Part shown: one piece after another, positions 20,649-29,262 of the stretch
Position numbering within the stretch: position 1 is the first letter of the stretch
How the letters are laid out: every line of letters starts with the position of its first letter
NCBI GenBank assembly: GCA_963667565.1
Contig: OY763415.1
Span: forward strand, 672,001 to 736,000
DNA length: 64,000 bases
Source: Acholeplasmataceae bacterium
Lineage (GTDB): Bacteria; Bacillota_I; Bacilli_A; Acholeplasmatales; Acholeplasmataceae
Reading direction: 5' to 3'
Program-made: the position numbers and the translations under genes
The notes under the pieces: model-generated
Told to the model about the DNA's origin: nothing
Databases searched by the model: none
What the model saw: only the letters and a program-made list of their open reading frames with translations

Positions 20649-21501
20649 CCGTATTCCCTCCATATAATGTTTGATAAAGTAAGTCAAATGTTTCTTTTTC
20701 TTTTGTTGCACTTAATAAATAGATATCTACTTCTTCAAGTAACATATGAATCATCGTTAATAACCATTCATAATGTGTTTTATGTGCTGGTCTATAGATG
20801 TTTTCTAGCATATATTTGATTGCGCTTATATCATCTAATTTTTGTATGTTTGGATTTGTTGCTTGTTTTAAAAAGATAATCGCTTTAAGCGGTATTTCTA
20901 TGTGAGTACTCATTTTACTCTTTCCACTAAATGGCATCGAAGTTACCATAAACTGATGATCTTTATAAATCATTGGTTTATCATCGTTAATGACGATGAT
21001 TTGATCATTTAAATACTTTTGCCATAATGCACGTTGGGTGGATTTACCTGTACCGCTAGGTGCAGAAAAAATCATACCTTGATTTTGATAAGATATGGCT
21101 GATCCATGGATGGGTATATGATGAAATGCTAAAGTTACTTCCATAAATGCAATACCTGATAATATATAAGATTGCATATCTATATCTTTAACATATGTTG
21201 GGTCTATTTTAATAAATGCTTGTTTGTTTTGAAAATCAAATATAAGTGCTTCACAGATGATTTGATACGTTTGATCATGATAGTGATTAATCATCATGAA
21301 TTCATCGCATAAGTAAAAAGATTCAAGTCCTCTATACTTAAATGGTGTTGTTTCATCTTTTAAGATGTGCTCATATTTAATTTGTATATCGAACATCGCT
21401 TTTTCATTTGTTTCATACTGCTTAAGCGTATCCCCGAAATATGATTCATCAAAAAATGTGTATTTAATGACGACATTCCCAAACTTTAAATGCTTAACCA
21501 T
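20638..21501 (-). CDS. HPr-kinase-like P-loop kinase (lasso-kinase/ScmC-like)
   Basis: IHGSAI, SAPSGTGKST and INDDKP motifs. Confidence 0.85.
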   Translation of the reverse strand: MVKHLKFGNVVIKYTFFDESYFGDTLKQYETNEKAMFDIQIKYEHILKDETTPFKYRGLESFYLCDEFMMINHYHDQTYQIICEALIFDFQNKQAFIKIDPTYVKDIDMQSYILSGIAFMEVTLAFHHIPIHGSAISYQNQGMIFSAPSGTGKSTQRALWQKYLNDQIIVINDDKPMIYKDHQFMVTSMPFSGKSKMSTHIEIPLKAIIFLKQATNPNIQKLDDISAIKYMLENIYRPAHKTHYEWLLTMIHMLLEEVDIYLLSATKEKETFDLLYQTLYGGNTDEN

Positions 21502-21531
21502 TTGAATCACCCATTGCTCAAATATGACTTC

Positions 21532-21540
21532 ATTATAGCA
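21532..21540 (-). promoter_or_regulatory. Extended -10 of the kinase-RRE-peptidase operon
   Basis: TGCTATAAT; a divergent TGCTAAAAT at 21586-21594 would serve the ABC gene. Confidence 0.65.
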
Positions 21541-21609
21541 TTGATATACGTATTTCTAGTATTTTTTTCACTATTTTTATAAACATGCTAAAATAATCTT
21601 GGTGATCAT

Positions 21610-23220
21610 ATGTTTCAATTGAAGTTAATCAAAAAATATTTAAATGAAGTTAAACCTTATAGACAAAAGGTGATATGTTTATCAATCATAAGTGTGTTTG
21701 TGAGTGCGATTGCACTTATTTTCGCATTTTACTCAAAAGATTTAATTGATGAAGTGATGAATGGTAACATAAGACAATTTGTCTTTTTTGCAATTTTATT
21801 ATCCATATTACTTGTTTCAAATATGATCTTTCAAGCACTTCTTAGCTGGTTTCAAGCAACATACAGTAATGACGCACTCATCGTCTATAAATCTGAGCTT
21901 TACTCACATTTATTAAAAACCACGATTCCAGATATTCACGGATATCATAGTGGGACATTGATGAATCACTTAGAAGATGATTGTCAAATCGCATCAGATG
22001 GTCTTATCACAATCATTCCAAGATTTGTATTTCTTATAACAAGATTTTTAGGTGCATTTATACTTCTAGTCATCATTGAATATAGGTTTGCGTTAATCTT
22101 TTTAAGTTTAGGAATCATCTTAGTTCTTTTGAGTAGATGGATAGCACCTCACATTAGAAAACGTCATATTGCATTTCAACAAAAAAAAGATTTAGAGCGT
22201 AGTTTTACTCAAGAATCATTAGAAAACATTGAAGTGATTAAAAGTTTTCAAGCAGAGCAAAAAATGTCATTTACTCAACAATTAAAACAAACACATGTTA
22301 ATGATGCGTATATGCAAAAAACAAAACTTACCATATTATCGTCAAGTGGTATGAATCTATTTTTCGCATTTGGGTTTGGATTCGCTTTAATCTATGGAGG
22401 CTATCAATTACAATATGGATTAACGATTGGTTATTTGATTGCAATGATTGAGCTCATCCAGCATCTACAATCACCATTTTCTGGATTTGCACTCTTATAT
22501 CCTAAATATCAACAAACGCTTGCTTCAATCGAACGTATTGATGCATTAAAAAAATTATCCTTAGAATCACTAGAAACAAAGAACATCAAAAATTTTATGT
22601 CGCTTCATATAGATAATATTGAATTTTCATATCAACAAAAACCTATTTTTAATGACTTTTCATTAACCATCAATAAACATGAACTCATCTTAATCTCTGG
22701 TCCTTCAGGTATTGGTAAAACCACACTATTTAAATTACTTTTAGGATTTGAAAAACCACAAAAAGGTATGATCAAAGTTAAAGATGAAGATTATATGATA
22801 TCAATTGATGCTTCAACACGTTCACTTTTTAGTTATGTACCGCAAGATCATATGATACTATCTGGAACGTTAAAAGAAAACTTAAATCTTTATCATACCT
22901 ATGAAGATGATAAACTTATCCAAGTCTTAAAAGATGTTATGCTCTATGATGAAGTCATGAAGCATCCATTAAAACTTGATATGATGCTTAAAGAAAAAGG
23001 TCGAGGATTATCCATTGGACAAGTCCAAAGACTTGCTATTGCAAGAGCATTATTAAAAGATGCACCTATACTCCTACTTGATGAAGTGACATCAGCACTA
23101 GATGTAGAAACTGAAATGAGACTAATCAGTCATTTAAAATCACTAAAAAAGAAAACTGTCATCTTGATTACACATCACACTTTACCAGAAACATTATTTG
23201 ATCAACATATTAGACTATAA
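21610..23220 (+). CDS. ABC exporter (TMD+NBD), no C39 peptidase domain
   Basis: About 6 TM segments, GPSGIGKT, LSIGQVQR and LLLDE. Confidence 0.93.
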   Translation: MFQLKLIKKYLNEVKPYRQKVICLSIISVFVSAIALIFAFYSKDLIDEVMNGNIRQFVFFAILLSILLVSNMIFQALLSWFQATYSNDALIVYKSELYSHLLKTTIPDIHGYHSGTLMNHLEDDCQIASDGLITIIPRFVFLITRFLGAFILLVIIEYRFALIFLSLGIILVLLSRWIAPHIRKRHIAFQQKKDLERSFTQESLENIEVIKSFQAEQKMSFTQQLKQTHVNDAYMQKTKLTILSSSGMNLFFAFGFGFALIYGGYQLQYGLTIGYLIAMIELIQHLQSPFSGFALLYPKYQQTLASIERIDALKKLSLESLETKNIKNFMSLHIDNIEFSYQQKPIFNDFSLTINKHELILISGPSGIGKTTLFKLLLGFEKPQKGMIKVKDEDYMISIDASTRSLFSYVPQDHMILSGTLKENLNLYHTYEDDKLIQVLKDVMLYDEVMKHPLKLDMMLKEKGRGLSIGQVQRLAIARALLKDAPILLLDEVTSALDVETEMRLISHLKSLKKKTVILITHHTLPETLFDQHIRL

Positions 23221-23276
23221 AAAAAGAAAGTGCCTTCTAAACGAAAACACCTTCCACCAGTAAAAACCGGATCTCA
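23220..23276 (-). ncRNA. Predicted ~55-nt sRNA
   Basis: Upstream TTGCAA (23310-23305)-17-TATAAT (23287-23282); hairpin CCGGU/ACUGG; terminator GAAGGUGUUUUC/GAAGGCACUUUC+U tract, which pairs well only on the minus strand. Confidence 0.55.
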
Positions 23277-23326
23277 ATTAAATTATAATCAATGATGCAT
23301 TATTTTGCAAGCATAAAAAAAAGCAT

Positions 23327-23446
23327 AAAAAAAGGATGTCAGCAATGGGGGAAACATCCTTTTTTTATAGGTTTTATATCACAACACATAGAGGGGGGTA
23401 TATGATATAAACAATTGGGGGTTACCAAAGAATTTCTCTTTGATAC
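23327..23446 (-). ncRNA. Predicted ~120-nt three-hairpin sRNA with C-rich single-stranded segments
   Basis: Extended -10 TGTTACAAT (23459-23451); three stems, each with a G-U pair on the minus strand; ends in U7. Confidence 0.72.
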
Positions 23447-23546
23447 GAACATTGTAACAAATATAATTCTATAAAAAAAGCCCTTTACTATCATTTGGAA
23501 CAAACGTAGATAAATCGGACTTTTTGTAGAATTATTTGGCTGTTTT

Positions 23547-23870
23547 TTACCAATTTTCATGAACAGATGGCTTAATAAGGGTGTCGTATACTTTCTTTAC
23601 TGCATCCAATTCTTCATTTGTGAGTGGTTTTAAATGTGCACTAGCTGCATTTTCATAGACATACTTCGCTTGACTTGCTCCAGGAATAACTGTAGAGACT
23701 GCATCAAACATTAAGATCCATCTAATCGCAATCTTCGTGAGTTCTTCTGTTTTAAAAATGTCTTTTAAAGCTTTAACTGCTTCTAGTCCTAAGTCATAGT
23801 CAACACCAGAGAAAGTCTCCCCTTTATCAAATTGTTCGCCATGACGATTTGTAGTTCTATGATAATTCAT
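23547..23870 (-). pseudogene. C-terminal remnant of an aldo/keto reductase
   Basis: NRHGEQFDKGETFSGVDY and AIRWILMFDAVSTVIPGA; N-terminal catalytic part absent; a terminator sits immediately upstream. Confidence 0.8.
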
Positions 23871-23900
23871 GAAAAATAAAAAAACCTCAAAAGAGGTTTT

Positions 23901-24884
23901 CTACATCACATACATCCAAATGACACTCACGATGAATACGATCATGGCCATGACCCATGCTTTAGAAGGTAATCGCATGGTTCGATAATAAATAGCATAC
24001 CCGATATAAATGAGTATTCCAACAAAAATGTAAAACATGCGTTCAATCCCAACCATCGCTATAAAAGATGATAAGGTAATTGCATAAATTGGAATGAGCA
24101 CTTTATAACCAAGAAGACTATGTGACAAATCTTCAACATCTTCTAATTTTCTGTTTCTTTCAGTTTTATATACAAAAAAGATTGATAGAAATCCAAGTAA
24201 TGGATTTAAGAATAAAATAATATTTGTTAATATCATGTCACCTAAAGCATTATATACATGATTGATATGATAGATATCCTCCCCTGCTTGTGTTAAATAC
24301 TGTAGTGAACCAAACAGTCCTAAATAAACAAAATTAAGAGAAGATAAGAGAGAGTTTAAAAAACTAAATTCATAAATACTTAATACAATCACTAATATAG
24401 CTGGAATGAGTAAGACATGTCCAGCAATAAAGATTAAGCCATCTACGATTGAATGTGCACGACTGAATATGAATGTTGTATATGCATAAATACCAAGTGA
24501 TAAAAATGACATAAGTACATTTGCTAATATAAGTGTTGAATTTGGACTATAGCCATCAATTGATGCGATGAATAAACCAAATATGTGCACTAAATTGATG
24601 ATGGTTAATGCAATCATACCACTTAAAAGTTTTGATAAATAAAGTTCAAATCTAGTTAGTGGTAAGCTATAAAATAAATCTGTAGATCTTCTGTCCATCA
24701 TAAATTTAAACTGAGTCACAGTTAAAATCACAATGATAAAAGGTATAAATACAAATCCAGAAGCATAGAGTAAAGATACAATCGTTTGTCCATTAATGAT
24801 GAGTAGTAAAAGCTCTATTGCTGAAATGATTCCCGCGATTGGAAGTATTTGCTTAATCTCATATTTAAGTTGTTTTTTAAACAT
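23901..24884 (-). CDS. ABC-2 type permease
   Basis: Multi-TM; DLFYSLPLTR motif. Confidence 0.85.
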   Translation of the reverse strand: MFKKQLKYEIKQILPIAGIISAIELLLLIINGQTIVSLLYASGFVFIPFIIVILTVTQFKFMMDRRSTDLFYSLPLTRFELYLSKLLSGMIALTIINLVHIFGLFIASIDGYSPNSTLILANVLMSFLSLGIYAYTTFIFSRAHSIVDGLIFIAGHVLLIPAILVIVLSIYEFSFLNSLLSSLNFVYLGLFGSLQYLTQAGEDIYHINHVYNALGDMILTNIILFLNPLLGFLSIFFVYKTERNRKLEDVEDLSHSLLGYKVLIPIYAITLSSFIAMVGIERMFYIFVGILIYIGYAIYYRTMRLPSKAWVMAMIVFIVSVIWMYVM

Positions 24885-25758
24885 GATCAACACCTTCTTC
24901 CACTTCGATTAAAAATAAGGATTCAAAATCAATATCTAATTCTTCAATAAACATTGGATTTAATGCATTTAGATGTGCCAATATGTCATCTTTTTGTCCT
25001 TTAATGATCAGATGTGCAACACTCTTGTTTTGTTCATATTTTAAGATATTGAGATCTTTAAATAAAGATTGATCAAATGGGTGTTTAAAAGCAACCTGAT
25101 ATTGTCTGTATTGTTCCATGTCTTCAATTAAATGACCACTTAATTTCATATGATGTCCATCAAGTAATCCATATGTATCACAGATATCTTCTAATTCTCT
25201 AAGTGAATGTGATGCAATCACTATGGTGCTTTGATTGTTTGTCTTTAAATCAATTAATGCTCGCTTAAAGATGAGTCTTGCTTGTGGATCTAATCCATCG
25301 AATGCTTCATCTAAAATGAGATATTTTGGTTTAATTGCACAAGCGATACTAATAAAGAATCTTCTTCTCATGCCTTTTGAAAATTTATAAAGTGGCATGG
25401 AAAGTGATAAATTAAAGGTATTGATATATTTATGGAAAGTCTCTATATCAAAATCATATACATTTTGATATATTTCTTTAACATCGTCTCCATTCATTTT
25501 TTTAAAATAGTAGGGATCATCAGGTAAAAAGAAAATATCTTTTTTGACCTCTATTTGATCATAAACAACTTGATTATCAATTAAAATACTTCCTTCGTCA
25601 CTTTGATACACACCAGCAATTAGTCTAAGTAAAGTAGATTTACCTGCACCATTGATGCCAATCAAACCAAAGATGCTACCATCTTCAATTGTTAAATTAA
25701 TGTCATCTATGACTAAATTTTCATGAAATGACTTTCTCACATTTTCTATTTTAATCAT
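24877..25758 (-). CDS. ABC transporter ATP-binding protein (YtrB-like)
   Basis: GINGAGKST, FSKGM and LDEAFDGLD. Confidence 0.92.
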   Translation of the reverse strand: MIKIENVRKSFHENLVIDDINLTIEDGSIFGLIGINGAGKSTLLRLIAGVYQSDEGSILIDNQVVYDQIEVKKDIFFLPDDPYYFKKMNGDDVKEIYQNVYDFDIETFHKYINTFNLSLSMPLYKFSKGMRRRFFISIACAIKPKYLILDEAFDGLDPQARLIFKRALIDLKTNNQSTIVIASHSLRELEDICDTYGLLDGHHMKLSGHLIEDMEQYRQYQVAFKHPFDQSLFKDLNILKYEQNKSVAHLIIKGQKDDILAHLNALNPMFIEELDIDFESLFLIEVEEGVDHV

Positions 25759-26095
25759 GTTCTTCCCCCTGATATATCTCATTGATGATTGCAATAAGTT
25801 CTTCTTTAGTCAGTTGATGTGTGATGGGTTTAATTACTTCTTTGATTGCTTTTATATTAATAGTGACACTCTTTTTTTTAACAAATGCACCTTTTTGTGC
25901 AATAATCTCAATATATCCTTGCGCTTCAAGCATTTGATATGAGCGACTTACTGTATTAGGATTAATTCCAAGTTCATATGCAAGTTCTCTAATGGATGGC
26001 ATCGCGTCACCTTCATTAAATAGACCTAATTCAATTTGTTGAATAAAATAGGAACATATCTCTAAATAGATTGGTTTGTCGTGTTTTAGTATCAT
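25751..26095 (-). CDS. GntR-family (YtrA subfamily) regulator
   Basis: PIY..I, MPSIRELA.ELGINPNTVSRSY; short C-terminal domain. Confidence 0.92.
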   Translation of the reverse strand: MILKHDKPIYLEICSYFIQQIELGLFNEGDAMPSIRELAYELGINPNTVSRSYQMLEAQGYIEIIAQKGAFVKKKSVTINIKAIKEVIKPITHQLTKEELIAIINEIYQGEEHD

Positions 26096-26284
26096 GTGTT
26101 AATCACCCTAACTGTATTAACTGTATTAATTTCATAATAATTTAAATATCGTTAAATGTCAATATATATTAAAGATTTGTCTAAAAAACAGCATTAAAAA
26201 ACGCGTAAATATCATATAAATACATTTATTAAACATCAAGTTTATGTTACAATCTTAAACAAGAGGGGTAAAAAGGATGAGATT

Positions 26285-27376
26285 ATGATTAAGCTTGTTG
26301 AAACCATGGATGACCTAAAACAATTCGTTTTACTACCCAAATCATTATATCGTGGACATAAACATTATGTTTTCCCACTTTTTAGGATATTGCAAAAAGA
26401 ACTTAAAACACTTATTTTTGAAAAGAAAACTTATCAAGCCATATTGGCTTATAAAAATAATGAAGTTGTAGGAAGACTTTTATTCACATATGATATCAGT
26501 AAACATAAACAAAGCGAAGTTTGTTATTTTTCTATGCTAGATATGATCGATGATATAGAAGTGACTGCATCGCTTTTTGATTTTGTATATCAAGATATGA
26601 AACAAAAACACATCACCTATCTTGAAGGTACGTTTAGTCCATATGATCCTGATACAAGACGCGGTATTTTAATAAAAGGATATGATAGTGATCCCGCACT
26701 GTTTACAAGTTATCATGAACCCTATTATCAACAACATTTAGAATCTTTAGGTTTTTATAAAGCTTTTGATACACTCCTTTTAGATGGTGGAGATATCAAT
26801 TTAAAGAATGAACAACTCTTAAAACGATTATATGATTTTACAGTTGCATCCCAACAGATAAAAATTGATTACCTCAATATGAAAAAGATAGATAAAGAAA
26901 TTGATGATATTATGATTGTCTTAAATGAGGCACACAATGAGATCATTTATCAAGAACCGCCTACAAAAGAGATGTTATATACAGCATTTAAGCAAATGAA
27001 ATCATTTATTAATCCAAAATTTGTCACCATCGCAAGAGAAATCAAAACTCAAAAACCGATTGGGTTTGCGATGATATTACCTGATTTTAATCAAGTGATT
27101 AAAAAAACGAAGGGGAACATTTTTTTATTTCCGTTTGTAAACAAGCGAAAAATCACTCAAGCGATTGGTAAACTTCAATACATTGTTCCAAAATATCAGG
27201 ACAAAGGTGTCTTAGCAGCTATGTATTATAAAGAGATTGTACAACTAAGAAAATTTAAAATATCTTCTATCGAGATGGGTACCATTATGGAAGAGAATTA
27301 TAAATCATTTCATCACTTCTTAAGATTTGGTGGTAGCATCAAAAAAGTATATAGACTTTATGGAAAGGATATTTAA
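26285..27376 (+). CDS. GNAT-like (YghO-like) protein
   Basis: F...P..LY, VVGR, GILIKGYD, YHEPYY, LPDFNQ and KVYRLY motifs. Confidence 0.7.
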   Translation: MIKLVETMDDLKQFVLLPKSLYRGHKHYVFPLFRILQKELKTLIFEKKTYQAILAYKNNEVVGRLLFTYDISKHKQSEVCYFSMLDMIDDIEVTASLFDFVYQDMKQKHITYLEGTFSPYDPDTRRGILIKGYDSDPALFTSYHEPYYQQHLESLGFYKAFDTLLLDGGDINLKNEQLLKRLYDFTVASQQIKIDYLNMKKIDKEIDDIMIVLNEAHNEIIYQEPPTKEMLYTAFKQMKSFINPKFVTIAREIKTQKPIGFAMILPDFNQVIKKTKGNIFLFPFVNKRKITQAIGKLQYIVPKYQDKGVLAAMYYKEIVQLRKFKISSIEMGTIMEENYKSFHHFLRFGGSIKKVYRLYGKDI

Positions 27377-27379
27377 ATC

Positions 27380-28564
27380 ATGATCGTTATCTTACTTCAA
27401 ATTATATCAATTATTTTAGTCCCACTTTTCATTTTAAAATATCAAAGATTTGTACTAACTAAATGGTTAGGAACCATTGGTACTGCCTATGTTCTTGGTA
27501 TGCTAGTTTCACTGATTTTATATTTATTTAATATTTCAGGCATTGCCATTTCACTTAATCAAGATGTTGGTGAAATCACATCACATGTAGCTATCACTTT
27601 AGCGATTCCACTACTCTTATTTGGTGCAAACATTAAAGCTGCCTCTAAATTATCAAAAACTGTTTTAATCTCATTTGGATCATTAATTTTATCTGCACTT
27701 ATTGTAGCAACCCTGGTTAATTACTTATTTGCAAACCAATATGAAAATGGATCAGTGATATCCGCCATGGCCATTGGGATGTACACAGGTGGTACACCAA
27801 ACTTTAATGCCATTGGTAAAATGTTCTTCTTAGATAATCAAATCATTGCTCTTGCTAATTTATCAGACATGATGATTGGTTCTATATTTTATTTATTCTT
27901 ATTAACACTTGCAAAACCATTCTTTAAACTATTCTTAAAAGAAACCAAAGATCATCATTATCAAAATGCTGAACTCAAAGTTGAAAACACTGATTCTTAT
28001 GATACTAAAGGTTTCAAATTCTCTAAAGATTTATTTAAAGCCATAGGTATTAGTTTTATTGGGGTTTTAATATCTGCAGTCTTAGGACTTGCTGTTTGGA
28101 TCATTTTAGGGATGGAGGATGGACGCATGAATGACTTTTTAGTGCCAATAATGCTCATTGGCGTCACTCTCTATGGCATTATCATTTCACTTAAATCTAA
28201 GATGCATGAAGTTAAATATACCAATGTATTAGGTCAATATATGATATTAGTTTTCTCATTTGCACTTGCTTCAAGTATTGATCTTACAAAAATAGGCTCT
28301 ACTTTAGTACCTACTTTGATCATTTTAGCTACGATCACACTTGGTACTGCGATACTCCATCTATTCATTTCATCTTTATTAAAAACTGATGTTGATTGTG
28401 CGATTATCACATTAACAGCAGGCATTTATGGTCCTGCGTTCATCCCAGCTGTAACAAAACAAATAAAAAATGAATCCTTAACTGTTCCTGGACTCATTAT
28501 TGGTTCTATCGGTTATGCAGTTGGTACATTCTTAGGTTACATTCTAGGCTTATTCTACTTATAA
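27380..28564 (+). CDS. DUF819-family membrane protein
   Basis: AIPLLLF, YTGGTPNF, GPAF and GYAVGT motifs. Confidence 0.8.
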   Translation: MIVILLQIISIILVPLFILKYQRFVLTKWLGTIGTAYVLGMLVSLILYLFNISGIAISLNQDVGEITSHVAITLAIPLLLFGANIKAASKLSKTVLISFGSLILSALIVATLVNYLFANQYENGSVISAMAIGMYTGGTPNFNAIGKMFFLDNQIIALANLSDMMIGSIFYLFLLTLAKPFFKLFLKETKDHHYQNAELKVENTDSYDTKGFKFSKDLFKAIGISFIGVLISAVLGLAVWIILGMEDGRMNDFLVPIMLIGVTLYGIIISLKSKMHEVKYTNVLGQYMILVFSFALASSIDLTKIGSTLVPTLIILATITLGTAILHLFISSLLKTDVDCAIITLTAGIYGPAFIPAVTKQIKNESLTVPGLIIGSIGYAVGTFLGYILGLFYL

Positions 28565-28568
28565 ATAT

Positions 28569-28594
28569 AAAACACCTTTTAAAAGGTGTTTTTT
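28569..28594. terminator. Bidirectional terminator
   Basis: AAAACACCTTTT/AAAAGGTGTTTT. Confidence 0.8.
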
Positions 28595-29251
28595 TATAGT
28601 TCATACCATATGCCTTCAGAGATAACTTTAATTTGATCTTTTACAACTGAGATCGCACTTTGATCATCAATCGCATATGCTTTTTGGTTTAATGTTTTCT
28701 TCCATTTTATCGCATTTTCTAATGTATTTTCTGGAAGCATTGGATGATTTAAGTGTGGAAAAATTGCGAAATCCACAGTACCTAAGGCTTCATCACCTTG
28801 CTCGAGTTTTTGCCAGTCTACAAAATCATCTCCAATGTGAGGTGCCATAATCATGGATCCTGCACTTAATCCTACATAGACAATGTCTTTATGTTTGATG
28901 TAATCATAAAATCCAGATGTTTTCATAAAATAATTTAATAGCATCGGATCACCACCGTTGACTAAGATAACATCTGCTTTATCGACTTGTATTATTCCAA
29001 ATTGAATCATCTATTGCATGTAATATAGACAATTCTAAAAGACCAACTGATTTAAAACCTAGCTCGCACATAGGTGTTTCACTTAGTCCACTGACAAATT
29101 CAAATGCACGTAAAAATCCTTCTTTTAGATGATAACTAGATGTTGTAATACAAATGGCGTGTGCATCTTCAATTTTTTTATTAAGCAATGTTAAAAGTTC
29201 ATTTTTGATACTTTCATTTTTTATCCCTGCAGATGTTAATAATAGTTTCAA
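28594..29251 (-). pseudogene. Peptidase E (S51)-family gene split by a frameshift near 28990
   Basis: MKLLLTSAG in one frame; ADVILVNGGD, GLSAGSM and FPH in another. Confidence 0.82.
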
Positions 29252-29262
29252 GTTGACCTCCA

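Noticed and set aside
13866..23220. Canonical lasso-peptide or PQQ cluster
   Set aside because: No cyclase, B2 transglutaminase or radical-SAM gene in the window, and the core lacks D/E at positions 7-9.
23327..23446. Plus-strand, CsrB-like G-rich titrating RNA
   Set aside because: The stem wobble pairs become A-C mismatches on the plus strand, and the promoter points the other way.
23339..23560. 73-aa minus-strand ORF
   Set aside because: No recognisable features; it overlaps the AKR stop, a promoter and structured RNA, so it is likely spurious.
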